The position numbers and the translations under genes are program-made. 64,000 bases of DNA, from positions 110,236,001 through 110,300,000 of the forward strand of contig NC_043003.1 of NCBI RefSeq assembly GCF_006345805.1. Direction: 5' to 3'. Every line of letters starts with the position of its first letter. Position 1 is the first letter of the stretch. Of this stretch, positions 39,571-52,136 are shown one piece after another. This DNA is from Octopus sinensis (Eukaryota). Under the pieces are notes generated by a model that searched no databases, had not been told where the DNA came from, and saw nothing but the letters and a program-made list of their open reading frames with translations.

Positions 39571-42500
39571 ACTCAAAATTAAAATTGGCAATCTCTTGAC
39601 GAGAACTAAGTCATAATCTAATAGTATGGATTTCTCTTTAAATAATCTAATTAAATATACTAACGCCCGGAGTATCAGCACATAATTCTTGAAATTGGAG
39701 AACTACATCTACATTTCTTTATTCACCTTTTCGCGAGGATAACGCTCTTAATCTGTCAATATATACCTTTCAAGATGCTAATATGTTTTTATTCATCAGT
39801 ATAGTTTTTCTACCCATGTATGTTTATTATATTTTTATATATTTAGGCAATAAAGTTCAGAAATCAAAATTATAGGAAATTTCTTGGAACATGAATTAAA
39901 ACAAAATTCCAGAGGGTCAAGCCTTTAATAATTGCTTACTTTTAGCAACTGTTACGTACCTAATTAATGAGCGGCTTTCTCCATTATAATATAGATATAT
40001 GTAGTATATCCAGAAAGTTTATTATCCAAAGCGCCCTTTATCACGCAATCATTGAGAAAAGATAAACAATCAATAGTTTAGCACGTGTTACGTCATATCT
40101 GAAATAGGATTATCATATATGTATGTGAGTTTTTGTATATATACGTGTTTGTGTGTGTGTGCATGTGTGCGTGAGGTCGTTGGTGTGTGTGTGAGTTAAT
40201 GTGTGTGCGCGTGTGTTATGTATATACAGGTTTTCCTTGGGAGCATTGTAAAGTGCATATAGATACCTTTATTTGCAGTATTGTCATGGAAATTTATTCG
40301 AATTTTATAAAGTTCCGAGACAAGTTTCAACAGAATCGCCTAATCTACTCGTTGTCTGTGTAACGGCCTTGTTGCTGTTATTTTTATTAAAGCTGGTAAA
40401 TGTGCACAACTCTATGAGGCATATATGTGAACAACCGTTAAGTGAAAGAAGGTTTATTGCAATGTGGAGTAATTTCAATTAACCGTACTCAATGTTTTTC
40501 TAAAAGCATTGAATGCCACCAAATCTTCTACTATTAAGTCTCCCAAACATCCTACTAATTACGGAAGTGTGCTTTCATTTGTGTAGTATATTACATATTA
40601 TCCGAGATTTAATGTACTTTTAGATACAACATTTGAGTAGCAAACAGCAAAACTTGGTTTAGTGAAACAATGTCTCTTTCCACCCCATGAAATTAACGCG
40701 TTATTGTTTAGGTTAAGTAGCAGTTCTTCAACTTATATTATATAGATATATTTATGCAGACTAGAGTAAGATTTATTACTAAGAATTATTACATTTATTA
40801 TTAGTATCATTTGCGAGAATTTCAATAATAGTTTTTATAAAATTTTGCTATGCAATATAAAGGTACTTACCATGTCTTTCTATGAAAATTCTTTTTTCAC
40901 TTTGATTAAAGCAAAGTTTATACGATTATTTAAAAACATACTAGATCGGCTTCTGCAGTCAATAGAAAGTCTTCATAAAGCAAACGGAATAACATTGTTA
41001 TAATATACAACTTCATCTTTGCAAGAAATAAATATTAATAAATATTGATTGATTTCCCGAACGTATTTTCTCTCAAGACATTTTGACACTTGCTTTCATT
41101 ATTCTTTGAGCATACACGTTTCTATTCACAGAAGAGAAAATGAAATCATCGGACTGTCCATCTATTTGTGAAAGTTCTCAATGTATGCACATGTTTATAT
41201 AATAGAAACAAGATTATGCTGATCCTCATATGACACGGACAATTTTCCATTCCTACCGGTGTTGCTCTCATTCATAAGCTGTCTAATGATCTTATTGTTA
41301 TTGTTGTTAAGTTTGAAGTGTACTTATCATAATATCGTTGCCATTCACTTGAATTTCACATTCTAATATCTCCTTAGAGCACTATGCTGTTCAGTGTGCC
41401 TTCGCCAATGTACATCTGTCAAAATGAGCTGGAAATATGCTTTTCAGTTTATATATATATATATATATATATACATATATAATATGATTTATTGGCTTGA
41501 CTGACATTCACGCTGAATGCACTTGACAGTAAGATTCACTTCAGTATCTCACATACATCTTTTATCATCTTATGTATATTTTGACACAGAATATGATGTT
41601 CGTATGAATTTATCTGCAATATAGAACTAAACGAGTACTAATCTGAATACAGATGTATAAAGTTTGTCAATATGTTTACAGTCAATGAGTTACATATACT
41701 GGTATTAACCGATTGTTCACATCAATATGCAATGTAAATAAAGATGCGTGATCTTTACTAACGGCTATATTGAAAAGCTTTCCTCACACAGTATAACCGT
41801 ATCAAGCTGCGAAATCATTCCAGAATTGACAGCAGGATACGAAATTCTATAATCTAGTTTCCCTGGCTATTCTATTGATACCAATAATTATATTTCAACT
41901 AAATTTGTAAACTTATCACACTTACCACTATACATTGACAAGTGAGTTTTCGATTAAGCTTCAGTTGAAAATATTTTGTTTTACGACATAGCAAACGCGA
42001 AATATAGGTAAAATATTTTACCATCGAGTATCGAAGCTGAAAAAAACTGAGCTATTTGAAGATGCTAAAGAAAAAGTAAAGAATTTTGCATTGGATCCTA
42101 GATAATTCCACATTAATAGATATTGGAGAGCCCGATAATTTTACGTATTCAATTAGTATGATCTTAATCCATACTTGAGATATTCTATACTACTCTAAAC
42201 GTGTATTTGTTAGAAGATTTATTTGTTGTATTCATGGAAGCTTTTAAGATTGATCTTTGGCAATACAAAAAAACACATTTTTCATGATAAATTGCTGGAC
42301 GTTCACTACTCTATTTGCAGACAAATTATATATTGCGTTGATTTTTTTTTTTCTTGTTTTAAGTTTGCTACGTATAATTTTTTGCGAAAGATACAGTTAC
42401 TATATATCTATTAACAGGGTAAGATTCTCGCTGCCGTCCATTCATGGAGTTAGACGTGAAACTTTTGTTTAATTAACTGGTGTCATATCAGAAATCAGTA

Positions 42501-43109
42501 CGCCTAAGGTAACAGATTAAAATATGGGTATTTTCGTATTTATTTTCAGGTGTAGTGTATTAAGTCCTCCATTTGCTAATGTTTCCATTTATTTTTATGC
42601 ATATAGAATTTGTCCTTATAACATTTATCTTATTGTTCTAACAAAATTAACCACCATGTACAAGCTGAAAGTTAACAGTTTTCTTGGAGCAGGAATAATA
42701 TTGGCTTCGATTTCTCATTTAATGGTTCAAGGCATCTAAATACTGAGTAGGGTGAAGGTAATTGATGACTTATGGAAATAGGTTTTTGGCTATACGCTTG
42801 CTAATTATACATTCCGTGAAAATCTCATGAAACTTTCCTGTATACCTTTCAGTTACAAGTATGATTGAATGAAAATTATTTTGAAGATACAATATGAGTT
42901 TATGAATGTATTTATGTACGTTTATCCACTCTCTCTATCTCTCTCTCACACACACACAATCAAGTATATATGATATATACATACCCAAATATATATGAAT
43001 ATATGTGCTCATACGCATATAGAATTTGGTCAGCATAGTGAACTTTCTTATTACATTGGAAGGAAATCTGTGTGTTTTCAGTCTTGCAATTATTCTAGTT
43101 TGTGCGTGT

Positions 43110-43288
43110 ATGTATGTAGTTATGTATGTATGTATGTATGTATGTATGTATGTATGTATGTATGTATGTATGTATGCATGTATGTATGTATGTATGTATG
43201 CATGTATATATGTATGTATGTATGTGTATGTATATATATATATGTATATATGTATATATATATATATATGTATTTGTGTGTCTGTGAG

Positions 43289-43320
<32 letters not shown>
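43110..43320. repeat. (TATG)n/(TA)n/(TG)n microsatellite
   Basis: Direct reading. Confidence 0.95.
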
Positions 43321-44224
43321 ACTCTCAATGCTTGTGTTAGCTTCTTTCTGTTATAGTATGATATGAATTATGATTGTTTGCTGCTCAGTTACGAAGCTGT
43401 ATAGGAAATTGTGAAATAAAATTTAGAATGTTCGTGTTTGTGTTCCTAAACTTTACGCAGGCTGTAACCTTTTAACAGCTCGAGTCTCGCGATATTGTGA
43501 TCATACTCGGCGAATGGATAATGTACATGCTCTCGTCATGCGAAATTTTGCGTCATATTATTGATGTTATTTGTTATAACATGAGTCGATGAATTTCATC
43601 GAGTGGTCTAAAGTTTTTGATGAATTGAACTGACGATTGCGATCTGAGGTCCATCACCCAGCAGAGAAATGTCTGCTTATTGGTTTGAAGCTCTAAGTCT
43701 TTATTGGTTATTGTCATTATTATATTCCAAATTATTCCGAGATGGCTACAATGTAATGGCTTGATATGAGGAATGTATCCCATAGAGGTGTTTTCACAAA
43801 TAACTGTTATAAGAAAAACATGTATTTTTCCCCTTGAAATAAAGATCGCTTGTCTTATTTAATTATTAATAATTTACATAAAGAACAAATTAAAGATTCA
43901 TCTCTTAGATGTGTTCCATGTGGTAAAAAACTATACAAGACATTAGTGAAACTGGAAAATTTAGAATATTAACCTTTCACAAAATATAAGATGGAAACCA
44001 TCCATTACGAAAGGAAAAGAAGAAAAAGAAGAAAAAAGAAAAAAATCCACTTGGTAAATAATTCTAAATCGGAATTTAAACTAAAATTAGTCAACACTTA
44101 CATTATTCAACAATTAATAATATTCCTCTGTTACAAATTACAAGATGAAAATGATCAACTACGAAAAATAAAACTGTCTTTCTATTCAAATTTTAAATCC
44201 GAATCAACACTGAAAACAACAGTG

Positions 44225-45476
44225 TTACATAAGAGAAAGCAACTCCCTGGTTTCAGGGAGTCTTTGAGGATCCTCTATGCAAAGATTGCAGTGTCCGCTC
44301 CCGTTAATGAAAGAGCCCAGCCGCTCTATCATCCTCCACTTGATATGGTATGAGGTTGCTTTATCCTTGAGGCGTCCCATGTGGATGGCCAGGGATGTGA
44401 GAAATTGTCTTTTCGGAATCCCGAAGACACCGCTTCAAGGCCGTCCTAGCTAACCCGAAATATTTACAGGCTTGATTGTTCGTTGTGTTTGCATTTCTGA
44501 CACATTTTGGGATGACTCCGGGCTTGGAGACGTTGTTGCCGCTAGTGTTGCCGGGGCTACCATCAGCGAAATTATCATCACGAGGCATTGTCTTGCGATA
44601 TTGCTGCGACTGTTGTCGTTGTTGGGGTCATCGCTGGCCGTGGCGTTGGCGCTGCTGGCGCCGATGGTTATCTGGGAGCCGTCGTTGGTAATACTTATTC
44701 TGGAGGATAGATTTGAGATCCTCTTGCTGATCCTGTTTCTGAACACAATAGGGAGTGATGGTGGCAGGATTCTCTGTTGATATAGCACAGCCTCTCCTTT
44801 GGCTTACGGTACGGCCTGTGTGTACCGGAGTCCAAGTCTAGAGTGACATCTAGGACGCCAGTGGTGAAGTTAATCTCGACAGTAATTTTGAATTCCATGG
44901 AGCCTAGGGCGCTGGTCAGGTCCTTTCTAAAACTATCTAAAACTTGTTGGCTCCTCTAGAGATGGCCAGACAGTCATATCTGTAAAGACTGAAGAGGACT
45001 GAAGGGGATCTCTTTCCTAAGCTGTTCAGGATATATAGTTTATTGAGATCACATATGTTGGCGCTGTCTTATGCTCCAATCGCCACATCGAAGGAACCTT
45101 TGGATTACTTGACACACGTCGAATCTTTATTCAACAGCACCGTTCTCGTGACGTGAATGATAACGTTGATGTACTTATTGTTAAAGTCTGGGAAACCCTT
45201 AGGGAAGGAAAGCACCTTGATCAGGAACCCTTTTGGTATAGACAGGTAAAATTCGATTGCATCAAAATGGGTGATTCTTCCTCTGCACGTCCTCCCGACT
45301 GGCGTTAAACCATGAGGTCATCTCTTTGGTGTTGTGCCATAGGGAGATGCTAGAGGCCCTCACTATGTCGTCCTTGATCTTTCTCATTATATGTTTGCTC
45401 GCCTGACGAATCTCTGATTTGTTCTGGTTGATCAGGTGGCATTTTGGGTTAGAACAAAAGTTCGGATCTATGATAA
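44225..45476 (-). mobile_element. Penelope-like element remnant: RT, low-complexity linker and C-terminal GIY-YIG part
   Basis: NPKCHLINQNKSEI, FDVAIGA.DSANICDL, LYRYDCL, LDVTLDLDSGTHRPYRKP, KYFGLA, IKWRMIER..GHCNLC. Confidence 0.9.
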
Positions 45477-46567
45477 AAATAGAGAATGTGTTAGCAGATG
45501 CTACTCAATTATTTTATTCAATGCCTTTAATATGACATTAATTCATGTACACTCAGTTATGTAGTATTCGCGAAATTCATACATTATGTAATATGGTAAA
45601 AAAATCTCAACTAAAAAGGCTTAGCAAATATACAAATGAGTAGTGACCTGGTAATACATCTCCAAGCTTTGAAGCAATAAAATCCTTTTAGCTACTGATG
45701 TTGATTTCATACACTATACTTCTACTTTAAATAGTGTAGCTGTGTATCCATGTTGAAAATCCATATTATTATTAATTATATTCGAGTGTAACAGATGACT
45801 GTATACTCTCCTAATATTCTTTTGTCTCTAATTACGACAGTGTTGTTGGATCTCCAAGTAAATCAATCCTGATCAAATAGAACTATAATCAAATGCTCGG
45901 TAAATATAAATAGCTCGTCTTTATTCAATTATAAAGTCTAGGTACATTCAAAAGTATTGAAGTGTTGAGACAAAGATGTGGTACCTATTCCAAGCTAATC
46001 GATCGATCACGAAGATGTTTCCTTGTTTGTACATTGATTTTGTTGTTAATTCAAGGTTATATTCATTCCCAGACAACGAGCAGCAACGGTCTGTGTTTAC
46101 TGTTAAATCAAGCAATATATTTCAAAATCAAATTTTCTATGTAGAACATTCCATTTCAATTGATTATTTGTTTCGTTTAAGATACAGATCAATACAATAT
46201 ATTTTTCTGCTTTCATATGTTTTACTATGTTTGTTTACATACAAGGCAGGAAAATTGGATGTAAATATATGTGTAAAAGGAAACTGCAACTAGAGATTCT
46301 GTGTTATTTTAATGTTGATTTGCGTCTTGTATTATGTTTTATGTGTATCTTTTCTTTTGTTTGCATTAGTGTCGTATTTTTCGAAGTTTTCACATTGTAA
46401 ATTAAACATGACTTCATGTTACAAAACGATTTAGGAGTATATTTCTGCATAGAGGAACAAACAAAGATTACATACTAATAAAACCCGCATTGGCACATTA
46501 TATAAATGATGTCTTAACGTCTATAGCTTTGTCAGAAGTACTGTTTCACTGTCTATGTTCACTCCTC

Positions 46568-46598
<31 letters not shown>

Positions 46599-46689
46599 TG
46601 TATGTATGTATGTATGAGAGATAGAGAGATAGAGAGATAGAGAGTAAGAGATAGGTAGATAGATAAAAAGATGAATAGGTAGATAGATT

Positions 46690-46890
46690 GATATATCTCA
46701 CGGTAACTACTCGCGTAACGTTCGGAATTTCTTCTCCATCTTTGGACTCTTCTCTTTCTCCTTTTCGACGATGAGCTAGGTTCGAAACGCCAAACTCTCT
46801 AATTTCATCGAGCGTCAAACTGATACATTTCTTATATACGTCCTCACGGTTGTTTCTTCGTTATTTTATTTGTATTGTTTGTTTATTTAA
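46690..46890 (+). mobile_element. Family B repeat with degenerate hammerhead fold (46762-46795)
   Basis: uuu UCGACGA u gagc uag guuc GAAA CG CC aaac; (TA)n tail. Confidence 0.6.
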
Positions 46891-46899
46891 ATTGACTAT

Positions 46900-46973
46900 A
46901 TATATATATACACAGATATACATACCTATATACATACTTACATATATATGTATATATATATATGTATACATAC

Positions 46974-47004
<31 letters not shown>

Positions 47005-47050
47005 ATATATGTACACAGATATGCATACCTATATACATACATATATATGT

Positions 47051-47135
<85 letters not shown>
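46900..47135. repeat. (TA)n-rich microsatellite block
   Basis: Direct reading. Confidence 0.95.
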
Positions 47136-47136
<1 letters not shown>

Positions 47137-47149
47137 GTAATGTGCGTAG

Positions 47150-47600
47150 CCATATCAACATGATTGTCCAGCTCGACCGGAATTTCCTTCGGTTTTTTAA
47201 CTTCAATTGGGCATCTCTTGGTTAATGATGCACGGCTGCATCCGATTCCTTGCGAGCAGGAAAACGAACTCCCTACCAACTTCTAGCGTCGGGACCAGCA
47301 CTTCAGTCTGATTTCGGACTATATCTGCCTCTCTTCAATAATGGACACCTCGATTGTGAGAGATGGCAGTAGCTCGCCTCCATTTGCAATATATATACAT
47401 TCAAGCGACATATAGTCGCTGATTTTGCAACAAGCACTAAAAAGCTAGTTGTAAAATCTCTCTAGGAGATTATCGCACATGCAAGTAGTGGTCGCAGCCA
47501 CATTGACATGGCTGGAGAGTTCAAGCAGAATTTACTCTGATTTTTAAATTAAAGAAGCACATCGGATATATAGGCAGGGCGTGTAAAATACCCGAGATAC
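47150..47600 (+). mobile_element. Possible Ty3/Gypsy pol fragment (start of RT)
   Basis: Frameshifted EFPSVF, IVRDGSSSP (cf. IIRPSSSPW) and GDYR in the expected order; highly degenerate. Confidence 0.4.
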
Positions 47601-47662
47601 ATGGACGAGTTCTCTCAAGCAGTGCCTGTCCCTCATCATCATCACATATATATATATAGGTG

Positions 47663-47700
<38 letters not shown>

Positions 47701-47710
47701 TGTGTATATG

Positions 47711-47757
<47 letters not shown>

Positions 47758-48516
47758 GTATATGTGTATGTGTGTGTGTGTGTAGGTGTGTGTATGCATA
47801 TGTATGTATTAAGATTTGTAATCTTAATGTATACTATAATATTTAATTTGGAAAATTGATTGTTAGTGGATTAATTCAGAACTTGACTCCTTTCAATGAT
47901 ATTCTTGTCGTTACCGTTATATACATCATTATATTAGTATTGATATTAATTATATATCACAAATAAGATGTCTTCCTTATACTAAATGAATATATGTATA
48001 AATGCATTAATTTTAGTTATTAATTAATTGATGATAATTATAATAATAATAATAGATAAGCAGCGTTATTTAAATTAATAAATAAATTTAATAGCCAAAA
48101 TATTTATTATACTATGTATAACTTGTATTCTTATTACAATAATAATATGTTGTTAATTGTGAAAGAATTAATAAAAATTGTATATATACTATTTATAGTT
48201 ATTGAATTTTAAAATAATAATATTAATTCTTTTATCGTGAACAATCCTTAATACTTTTTTTGAATTACTTAATTTTTACTTATTTACAGAGCCCTCCTTT
48301 CCACAATATACAGATAATAATATTTATTTAAGCAACCCCAAATATAGTTACTTCTAAAAAACTAGTAATATGTTGATATACATTATTATAGCCCAACTCT
48401 GTATCTATGGGGTATTTAGGTTATAGTGTTTACAGCCATAAGTTTATCTTCATATATATTACAGAATTCTCCCTACGATAAATTAAGTAAACAAAGAACA
48501 TATTTTTATTTGGTTT

Positions 48517-48908
48517 CTATTCATATTTATTACGGAATTATCCCTCCGATAAACAATAACTAAAGAACATTCCTATTAGTTACTGTAAAGAATATTTTTT
48601 TTATACCAATAGCTTTAAATAAATAGAAGAGTTATATATTAATGATGTAATTATCATTTATATATTTTATTTCACGATTTATTACAGTTCTAGATGAAGC
48701 AAGACCAGGATAATTATATACAGATATTTATTATTGGTTATATGTTGTAATAGAGAAAGATTCTCTTAGACATAAACGAGTTGAATATATAATTCTTCTA
48801 TTTATTTAAAGCTATTAAGATATAAAAAAATATTCTTTACAATAACTAATAGGAATGTTCTTTAATTTTTGTTTATCGGAGAGATAATTCCGTAACAAAT
48901 ATGAATAG
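48517..48908. repeat. Fold-back inverted repeat, about 125-bp arms and 143-bp loop
   Basis: 48517-48640 pairs with 48784-48908 at about 90 percent; partial direct copy of the arm start at about 48457-48500. Confidence 0.9.
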
Positions 48909-49502
48909 TTTGGACTAATAATGTTTGTGATATATAGAAGTATATTTCGATAGTTGTAGATTACACTTAATTATTTTGCCCGTTAAAATGCTTTGTCGTT
49001 TTTTAATTGTAATTGGTATGTAATTGAAAAGCTAATGCTCAAACTCAATACATAGGCATTTCAATTAATTTTTGACAATTCAGTAGTCCATTCACACGGA
49101 ATCTCGCCTATCTTTAAACACATCCTCTGATGAGACATATATAAGGGAATTATTTATATATGAAAAATGTATATAAGTCAAAACAAAATGTTAGCATTTT
49201 AATGTTTTAATAATTGTTTATTATCTTATATTGTCATATCATATTCATTGATATTACGGGTGTTCAGGGTATAAATACCCAAAGCGATGCATAATGGGGA
49301 AAAGTCTCCGAAATTAACTTGATCCTGAAAGCGAAGAAAATCTTACCTTTATATATACAGTGATTTGACAAAGAAACATGTTTCTATATTCGTTTTGCTT
49401 AAACAATATTTTAATCATTTAGAAATATTTTTAAATGACTATGATTTCAAAAATGTACAATAAGTATTTATATTTTATATAGTAGAAAAGACTCTGTAAG
49501 GT

Positions 49503-49610
49503 TATTAGATGTTATGTTTCCAAGTACTCTGATGAGATTTTGCACAATACAATGATTTAATTACTGGAATTTAATCTTCGAACAAACTTGAAATAGCTGC
49601 AAGAGAATAT
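49503..49610 (+). mobile_element. Family C repeat with long-stem-II hammerhead fold (49526-49604)
   Basis: CUGAUGA gauuuugcac...GAAA uagcugc A aga; direct copy at 50516-50624. Confidence 0.65.
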
Positions 49611-50049
49611 CGTACAATGAGTATTTAGCTTTCTTTAGACAAACAATATTTTAATGGTTTTCAAAATTATTTTCAAGCAAATACTATTACAAAAATAATT
49701 TTTGGCCTAAATATCGTAAGCTCAATGTGAAATACTTTTTTCTATTGTTATTTTTAGAGTGCATTCCACGTATCTCACTTCCAAAGTTTTGGCTTCTATT
49801 TCTAGCACGCCCTGATACCGCGTAACTACTGTTTGCGATAAAGGACACGAAATAGCTATTACGTGGTAGAAGGATATGCAAGAAGTAGCAACTAAATCTT
49901 TCTTTTTCTTTCGAGGTCATATTCATTCAGAGTATGCAAAATATCCTGGAGAAGAAAAAAAACACGAAAGCCCACGTTGATGGGAAAAAACCGACGTTAA
50001 TGGGAAACTCAGATTTTCCCGATGGCCCAACGAGTCACGGGTAGGCTGG

Positions 50050-50175
50050 TATATATATATAGGGAGAATTAAAAAAAAAAACAAAATACGAAAACAGGTG
50101 ATGTAGACAACAAACAAATGTATTAGTATAACGCTCGGAAATAAATAAGTCTTTAACGCAGAAAGGAACACAATA
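50050..50175 (-). mobile_element. Family B copy lacking the hammerhead core
   Basis: gtctttaacg|cagaaaggaacac versus gtctttaacgtttcgagcctacgctcttccacagaaaggaacac at 33366. Confidence 0.7.
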
Positions 50176-50369
50176 CTTATATTTATATTTGTGTATGTGT
50201 GTGTGTATAAAGGCTAAAGAAGCCTCATTAAAGGATAAAATATCCAATGAATTACTGGTTCGTTGCCTATTATTACTTTTTTTAGAATAGTAATATTTGG
50301 AAGATAATAGTTTTAAGTATAAATCGTAGTTTATAAATATTCAAATTAAATTTCAGAAAATGGAGTTGT

Positions 50370-50624
50370 TATTTTTATAATTTATTAAGAGCAAAAATTC
50401 AACACATTGTCTTACGGCTGTTTCGATTTTGCCTAAAGATTAAATTTTAGAAATTAATTCTTTGTATTGGACAAAAACTCATCATCATCAGAGAAGAAAA
50501 GACATTCTTTTAGGCTATTAGATGTTTATGTTTCCAAATACTGTGATGAGATTTTGCCCAATACAAAGATTTAATTACTGAAATTAAATCTTCGGGCAAA
50601 ATCGAAACAAATGCAAGAGAATAT
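50370..50624. mobile_element. Head-to-head pair of family C repeats (hammerhead folds 50410-50494 minus, 50540-50618 plus)
   Basis: 50421-50490 is the reverse complement of 50543-50607. Confidence 0.75.
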
Positions 50625-51425
50625 GTTGATATTTTTCAGTTAAAAAATTATATTAATAATACATCTTCATTTTCTGAATTTTAATATATATATAGAAATT
50701 GTAGAAGTTTGGCTAATGATATTTTGACAACCTAGGGATCTCTCAATCTTTCTAACGCGTCTAATATGTACATTTCTAATCAAAACTTCCTTACTAAGGG
50801 AACCACCCATCCCTTATCTCCGTACTAAGGGAACCACCCATTTTCTTTCCCAGTTCGTATACTCGCGACTTCAGTTGTCTTTCAGCCACTTATTAACCAA
50901 TGACATGCAGCGCTGCAACACATGTCAAAGAATACACATATGATACAATTACTCATTCCTCGCAGGATTCCTCTCATTCCCTGCCAAGCGAGACACAACT
51001 AGTTCCGTCTGAATTGATTCCATTTATGGACTCAGTAAATTCACTCTCCATAGGAACCTAAACCTTGCATTTTAAAAACTACTAAAATGAATATTCCGGG
51101 TACACATATACCAAGTAAACGCAAGCACATCTCTCTGAACATAAACTGCACTTAATCAAGCTTTTTACAGTCACTTCAAATGCTGAGTCTCACTTTGAGA
51201 CACTCAGCATTCACTATTTACTCCATATGTTATAATACGAATACACAGACACACACGCACGTACGCACACAAACATGCACATACATGTACATATATATTT
51301 AGACAGGTTGATCCATGCCGACATTCGCTCACGATCCTGGAGAGAATCCCAGAAAAGAGAAAAATCATCAAAGTGTAACATCTATTTGCATTGCGTAGAT
51401 CCTTGTGGATTTTTTGATAATACAC

Positions 51426-51429
<4 letters not shown>

Positions 51430-51476
<47 letters not shown>

Positions 51477-51661
51477 GTGTGTGTGTGTGTGTGTATGTAT
51501 TTATGTGTGTGTACATGTACGTGAATTTATGCATATATAGGTATATATATATATATTATATATATATATATTATATATATATATATGTGTGTGTGTGTGT
51601 GGTGTGTGTGTGTGTGTATGTATTTATGTGTGTGTACATGTACGTGAATTTATGCATATAT

Positions 51662-51704
<43 letters not shown>

Positions 51705-51745
51705 TGTATATGTGGTGTGTGTATGTGTGTGTGTGTGTGTGTTAT
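51430..51745. repeat. Compound microsatellite with an internal duplication of about 122 bp
   Basis: gtatgtatttatgtgtgtgtacatgtacgtgaatttatgcatatatagg occurs twice. Confidence 0.9.
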
Positions 51746-52087
51746 ATGTATGCTCGATAGGAAATCGACCAGGATGTAGGGCCATAAATTTATAAATCGA
51801 CCATTGCTGTTTTTATTCATTCCAAACTTATTCCGAGGCTGTGTACCTCAGTAACCGCAAGTATCACGCCATTGCAGCAGTATATATTTCAAAATGTCAT
51901 TGTGAAAGTCGCAGAACGGCAGACTAATTTATTTAGGAATGGAATTGTTCTGAGCCAACATTAAAAATCAAACACATAAGTACGAAAAATAAGTGGAAAA
52001 CTAAAATGTAGCTTCAATTTTGACGTGTTTATATTGTGTTAAGTTTGCGAGGAAAGCTGTTAGTTATTTACATATACTCAAGTTGCA

Positions 52088-52136
<49 letters not shown>

